Shown here: one piece after another, positions 59,483 through 64,000 of the stretch | Numbering within the stretch: the stretch's first letter is position 1 | How the letters are laid out: each line of letters starts with the position of its first letter | Assembly: GCA_964385285.1 (NCBI GenBank) | Contig: CAYLOJ010000005.1 | Coordinates: forward strand, 493 to 64,492 | Direction: 5' to 3' | Length of the DNA stretch: 64,000 bases | Source of the DNA: an uncultured Gammaproteobacteria bacterium | GTDB taxonomy: Bacteria; Patescibacteriota; Patescibacteriia; UBA9570 | Notes under the pieces: generated by a model | What the model was told of the DNA's origin: nothing | The model's input: the letters and a program-made list of their open reading frames with translations, nothing else | The model's database searches: none | Translations under genes and position numbers: made by a program

Positions 59483-60748
59483 TTATTCAGCTGCCAGCTC
59501 GCCCAAACCAGCTAAAGCAGCCTGTAATTCTGGTTGATTAAAGTACTCATCACCGGCGCTGATTGCGTCAGTGGTGTCATACCACAGCTCATCACCATCA
59601 TATTCCCACATTAAGAACATCTGAACATCTGGCATGGCCAGTAATGCCTCACCATATTCTGTAATTTCTTCAGCTGACATCGCATACTTACCAGTGGACC
59701 AACCGGTTTGACCACTGGAGCCATCTCCGCCGTTAGCAATATTCAAGCCGTTGATCACGCCTAATCCTAAGCTATCTGCCGCCGCTTTTTGGGCCATGAC
59801 GTAATCTGCAATTGGACCATCTGAATAACCAGGATAATTCGTATATTGATTTACGCAGTTATCTACATAAATATATTGTCCATCATTGATGCTTGGTGTC
59901 GGCATCCGGTTACATTTCTGCCGAACAAAGGTCATTAAGCCCGGAAATTTCTCTTCGCTATAACGTGCCATCTCATCTAATTCGGCTGCAGTTGGATCGC
60001 TGCCACTGAAGGTATCGATATCATCTAGTAACATGTGGCCCACTAACGTGCCATTATCAATGTAGCTTTGAATGTTATAGCTATCCCAAGCATCTAGCTC
60101 GGTTTTCCATTTGGCCAAATCAAAATTACCACTGGTGGTGTAGTAACTATGATCACGGGTCAAGCGCAAGGTCAGTTTCATCCCCGAAGCTTCAACTAAC
60201 GGCAGTAGGGTATTAGCGGTGTAGTTCGAAGCAGAGCCAGCTACTTGAAAAACTGTAGCGTTGAAGCGCGTTTGGACATCAGCCAGTCCCTCAGTAGTGT
60301 GATAACCATTTAAGCCCCAAAAGCCAAATAGTATTGGCGTGGCTGGTTCATGAGTATCACCGGTCTCTGTCGTTTCATCTGTTTCAGTGGGAGCTGCTTT
60401 GGTGCGTGTCTCGACAGTTTTAGAATAAGCTCCAAACTGCTTGTTGTTGCCGCTGCCAGTCTGGGCTCGGACTTTAAACTGATAGATCTTATCAGCTTTA
60501 AGATCAGTCATTTCTAATGATCGTTTTTTAGTGAACTGTTTGTAGACTAAATCACCATTCTTGTTCATGACACGCACTTGATAGCGCTTGGCATGGGGCT
60601 GATCTTTCCATTTCAGGGTAACACTATAATCAGTTTTCGATTCGACACGTAAATTAGTAACTTTTTTTAACTGAGCCGCCGCCTGCACGGATTGTATACC
60701 GAACATTAAGAGAATGCTGAGTAGCATAATGTGGCGAAACAACTTCAT
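59483..60748 (-). CDS. secreted FN3 plus probable TIM-barrel (glycoside hydrolase-like) protein
   Basis: Signal peptide, FN3 (LKADKIYQFKVRAQ), Thr/Glu linker, acidic globular domain. Confidence 0.6.
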   Translation of the reverse strand: MKLFRHIMLLSILLMFGIQSVQAAAQLKKVTNLRVESKTDYSVTLKWKDQPHAKRYQVRVMNKNGDLVYKQFTKKRSLEMTDLKADKIYQFKVRAQTGSGNNKQFGAYSKTVETRTKAAPTETDETTETGDTHEPATPILFGFWGLNGYHTTEGLADVQTRFNATVFQVAGSASNYTANTLLPLVEASGMKLTLRLTRDHSYYTTSGNFDLAKWKTELDAWDSYNIQSYIDNGTLVGHMLLDDIDTFSGSDPTAAELDEMARYSEEKFPGLMTFVRQKCNRMPTPSINDGQYIYVDNCVNQYTNYPGYSDGPIADYVMAQKAAADSLGLGVINGLNIANGGDGSSGQTGWSTGKYAMSAEEITEYGEALLAMPDVQMFLMWEYDGDELWYDTTDAISAGDEYFNQPELQAALAGLGELAAE

Positions 60749-60803
60749 ATGAACACGATAACATACCTAGAATTGATTGCACACCGTATGCTATGATGTA
60801 TTC

Positions 60804-61049
60804 ATGGATACCTGTCTCAGATGCGCTACCTATTTTAGTGGTTGGAGAAGTCATGGACCTGACTTTCCATATCACGATTGGACCATTATCGAAAAAACCG
60901 ATATCCAGGTGGGTACACAGGCTGCAGTCGATGTAATAGAAGGTAAAGCTGCTTGTAAAGCTTGTGGCTATGTGGGTAATTTTTCCTGTCTCTATGGTGA
61001 TGGCTACTACTTTACTGATCCTGACCCTAGCCATACCATATTTGCTTAA
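60804..61049 (+). CDS. small CxxC...CxxC zinc-ribbon protein
   Basis: CLRC and CKACG; TGC-TATGAT 6 nt before the ATG. Confidence 0.55.
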   Translation: MDTCLRCATYFSGWRSHGPDFPYHDWTIIEKTDIQVGTQAAVDVIEGKAACKACGYVGNFSCLYGDGYYFTDPDPSHTIFA

Positions 61050-61074
61050 CTCGTTATGATAAGCACATACCAGT

Positions 61075-61788
61075 ATGTCTGAACGATCAAGATTTGGAAC
61101 ACTGCGCCAGTACCGTAGAGACGCACAGTCGATACAGGCCAAAGAAAAGCGAGAGGGTAAAACGCACTGGGGGCAGTATGATGTTTCATTAGAGCGTTAT
61201 CAGAGTGCATTCCGGGCCGTGTTAGATGGCAAAAATATTACGGACATTGTGCATGAACTGCGGGAAGAACAAAGACCGATCTACATTTTAGATGTCATGG
61301 GCACTGGTAGTGTTATTCATGATATTGATCAAATCAGCAAGGTAGATGGGGGAGCTGCGATTACACTGACTGATTTGCGCAGTCCAGAGCGCATTCAGCA
61401 AGATGCAGAGCGTCATATTGAATTGATTGAAGGAGAGGTCCTGAGTCCACAGACTTGGCGATTGGCAGAGGCATGGTTGCGTAAGGCTGAACATTTAGCC
61501 GAAGGCTTTAATTTAGTCTTAGCCAGACCTGAAGGAGGAATGTCTGCAATTACAAATGACCCTGCTGTACATCTGGTATTGTTACAGCATTTGTATCAAC
61601 TTACGCATCCCGATGGTGGAGTATTACTGACACAATTGCCACGGGCAGATCGACATATGGTTGCAGATCAATTCATGCCACACTGGCAGCAGTTGCCAGG
61701 CATTAGCGTGCGATTCCATAGTGGAATCAATCCAGTGATGGCGATTCGTCGGCAACGTGGTTCGCCCGAAATGTTGCCAGTGGCTTAA
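61075..61788 (+). CDS. divergent SAM-methyltransferase-fold protein
   Basis: ILDVMGTG, FNLVL, LTHPDGGVLLTQ. Confidence 0.5.
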   Translation: MSERSRFGTLRQYRRDAQSIQAKEKREGKTHWGQYDVSLERYQSAFRAVLDGKNITDIVHELREEQRPIYILDVMGTGSVIHDIDQISKVDGGAAITLTDLRSPERIQQDAERHIELIEGEVLSPQTWRLAEAWLRKAEHLAEGFNLVLARPEGGMSAITNDPAVHLVLLQHLYQLTHPDGGVLLTQLPRADRHMVADQFMPHWQQLPGISVRFHSGINPVMAIRRQRGSPEMLPVA

Positions 61789-61811
61789 ACGCGCTTGCTT
61801 TGTATTCTAAT

Positions 61812-62558
61812 TTAATTGCGCGTATACGCTTGTACGATGGTGCGTGAATGTGTGTTGTGCGGACTACCATCGTATAATCCGCGCGAGCCTGTAATGACTG
61901 TCTCGCCAGTGGAATGGTCTGGGGTTGTTAATTTATGACAAGTAAATCCAGAGTCGGCCGGTAAATACCAATCAGCACCAAAGCCGGCGGTACGGAAGGC
62001 ATCACCGATTAAGAGATATTCAAATACTTGAGGCGCGCGTCGAAAATCCGCAGTCCATTCACCAAAGCAGGTCATCCAGCACGATATGACGATCGTGGGT
62101 TGGCCAGCAGCTAGGGTGAGGGCAGTCAGGTAGTCTAGTTTTTCTACCTCAGAAGAGACATTGGTTTGCTTGTTTTCTTCCCATTCTTTGGTATCGACCG
62201 CTCGACAAACGAGTTGATCGGCAGCAATCAGTTCAGCTAATTTAGGTTTTAAAAAATGAGTTAAACGACCATCACCAGCGCCAACTTCTAAGAGTAGTAC
62301 CGTTTGACTAGTGGTGTCGTAGGTCACCTTAATGCGTTCCGCTAAGTAAATGGCTAATGAGGCAATAAACTCTTGCGTGTAGACTTGAAAGTTGTGTAGC
62401 TCAGTTTGAAATTTACCGTAACTGGGAGTTATCCAAGGAAATTCGACGCTATCAGTTGGGTAGCTTTCCGACAAAGGAAAGGCAATTTTGAGTTCAGCTA
62501 GGGTAGGTAAGTAGAGTGGATCACTCATACTCGCTAACAGAGTTTCTTGTGGCGTCAT
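61812..62558 (-). CDS. SAM-dependent methyltransferase-like protein
   Basis: LLEVGAGDGRL, AVD, ISCWM, EYLLIG. Confidence 0.6.
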   Translation of the reverse strand: MTPQETLLASMSDPLYLPTLAELKIAFPLSESYPTDSVEFPWITPSYGKFQTELHNFQVYTQEFIASLAIYLAERIKVTYDTTSQTVLLLEVGAGDGRLTHFLKPKLAELIAADQLVCRAVDTKEWEENKQTNVSSEVEKLDYLTALTLAAGQPTIVISCWMTCFGEWTADFRRAPQVFEYLLIGDAFRTAGFGADWYLPADSGFTCHKLTTPDHSTGETVITGSRGLYDGSPHNTHSRTIVQAYTRN

Positions 62559-62687
62559 ACGATAGGTAGCTTAGAGATTAAGAGAACAAGCAGACCAGGT
62601 GTATGACGAGTTCAAAGAACATGATGTTTACCATGAAAGGCGGCTCTGGTCAATGTATTCAAGATCTGGTGTATAATGATCATAGCT

Positions 62688-62906
62688 ATGGCTAAAGAGT
62701 TATTAGAACAAGAAACTTGGTTTTATACCTTAGAGCGCGATGGCACCCAGTATACCCTAGATGTCATCTGTGGTTCGGTTGGCTTATTTAATCGCGTCAT
62801 CACCTTAACTTCGGAAGAGGTACAGCAATATGAAATGCGCGGTAAGCCATTTATTACAGAACTCGCACAACGCATTAGTGACCAAGCAGTCTCACATCCA
62901 AACTAG
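62688..62906 (+). CDS. hypothetical protein
   Basis: TATAAT upstream; 72-aa ORF. Confidence 0.55.
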   Translation: MAKELLEQETWFYTLERDGTQYTLDVICGSVGLFNRVITLTSEEVQQYEMRGKPFITELAQRISDQAVSHPN

Positions 62907-63018
62907 ATCATTCTGCATGATACTAGGTTCTGGTCAAACCTTTGTCCCACAGAGTCGATCACATGCTCAGTACGCGCAAGATTGACAAAGTGCCTTAACA
63001 ATGATAAAAAAGTGCACT

Positions 63019-63495
63019 ATGCCAAAGTTTGTTGCCCAGGCTTTACTGATCGCATCATCCGCAGGTTTCACTGTTGTCTATCTCATTATAGTGGTGTACA
63101 TGATCTCAATACAGTTTGCGGCTCCAGTAATCCCTGATGGCAAAGGCGGCTCTCATGGGGCTCGTGAAAATTATAGTTTGATTTGCTTAGGTAGAAGTAG
63201 TTCTATTTATCCAAATACACCAGAGGCCTGTACATTAGCGGCTGTGCTGCGGCAAACCCTATTTTTTTTAACGATCGGTGTGATGGGATTCATTGCTGTG
63301 CTCATCATTCCAAATGTTGGCATGGTCTTATTCTATGGCTGGGTGATTATGCTGAGTATAGGGCTTCGGAAACGCGCTACTACCGATGGAGAGATGTTTT
63401 ACCTGAGGTCTTGGGGCTACTCACTTTTGGTAGCGATTGGCTGTTTAGTCCTTGCTGTCTGCAGTGTATTCATAAAAAACGGATTATGGAAATAA
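63019..63495 (+). CDS. multi-TM hypothetical protein
   Basis: Four hydrophobic segments; start uncertain. Confidence 0.5.
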   Translation: MPKFVAQALLIASSAGFTVVYLIIVVYMISIQFAAPVIPDGKGGSHGARENYSLICLGRSSSIYPNTPEACTLAAVLRQTLFFLTIGVMGFIAVLIIPNVGMVLFYGWVIMLSIGLRKRATTDGEMFYLRSWGYSLLVAIGCLVLAVCSVFIKNGLWK

Positions 63496-63635
63496 TTCCA
63501 GAATTTAAAACTCAGCCCATAACTAAGGCTCCTCAACCCCTGTCGAATCGAAAGGTTTGGATTATCATTGCTTCGCCGGTAGTCTTCGCTGGCATTTTAT
63601 TAATCATCGGCTTGGTAACAGTACTGATGATGTAG
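63486..63635 (+). CDS. small single-TM protein
   Basis: MEIIPEF...WIIIASPVVFAGILLIIGLV; overlaps the upstream stop. Confidence 0.4.
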   Translation: MEIIPEFKTQPITKAPQPLSNRKVWIIIASPVVFAGILLIIGLVTVLMM

Positions 63636-63638
63636 TCC

Positions 63639-64000
63639 TTACCATGCATCACGAGCAGAGTGAGCGTCGTGAGAAGTTTGATGGGTATGCATGCTATGAA
63701 TTACAAGGCTGATGAGCACTCCCGTTGCATACATCACGATATCCATCCAATCAAAACTTGTCCCTGCCAGAGTGGCGGCCACCGAATTGTGTGAGGTTAG
63801 GACTCCCCACCACAACTGGTTCCCTTCAATTAAGCAGGCAATGGAAAAGGCCATCACGGCTGTTTTCCAGCTGGATAACTTTGTAACTAATTGGATCGGG
63901 AAATAGACAAACACTGCAGCCACAATGTCACCGCCGTAATTGCGTATCCATCGCGCGGCAGGCCAATTGAGGTAGCGATAGAGCAATATCATTAAGCCAA
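63639..64000 (-). CDS. DUF2809-like membrane protein, probably 5'-truncated
   Basis: RNYGGD..A..VY, IE..QL, LAGTSFDWMDIVMYATG. Confidence 0.65.
   Translation of the reverse strand, partial: GLMILLYRYLNWPAARWIRNYGGDIVAAVFVYFPIQLVTKLSSWKTAVMAFSIACLIEGNQLWWGVLTSHNSVAATLAGTSFDWMDIVMYATGVLISLVIHSMHTHQTSHDAHSARDAW

Overview
A 64-kb chromosomal window (genetic code 11, background about 40-47% GC on hand-counted sample lines) whose gene content points to a Patescibacteria/CPR bacterium, probably ABY1-like such as Kerfeldbacteria (inferred from gene families, no marker gene). It carries secD/secF, glyA, mutY, queG, truB, transaldolase, msrB, metal-handling genes and many envelope genes. I saw no rRNA, tRNA, CRISPR array or transposase. 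Main observations: (1) Two gene classes are interleaved. Ordinary genes mostly look leaderless (TAnnnT, 6 nt, ATG, no Shine-Dalgarno). Six GC-rich genes (including glyA, a PurN-like formyltransferase, a PgsA-like enzyme and a DMT-like transporter) mostly have SD sequences, all end in GC-rich hairpins, and four carry an orphan GGAGG after the stop. (2) A VirD4/HerA-like ATPase is translationally coupled to an array of five Cys-rich paralogs plus a TrmB regulator, with a duplicated promoter/operator. (3) A 1623-aa LysM/lytic-transglycosylase protein. (4) A 546-aa protein ending in a HicA-like domain with no adjacent antitoxin. (5) Two unannotated micro-ORFs with their own promoter and terminator.
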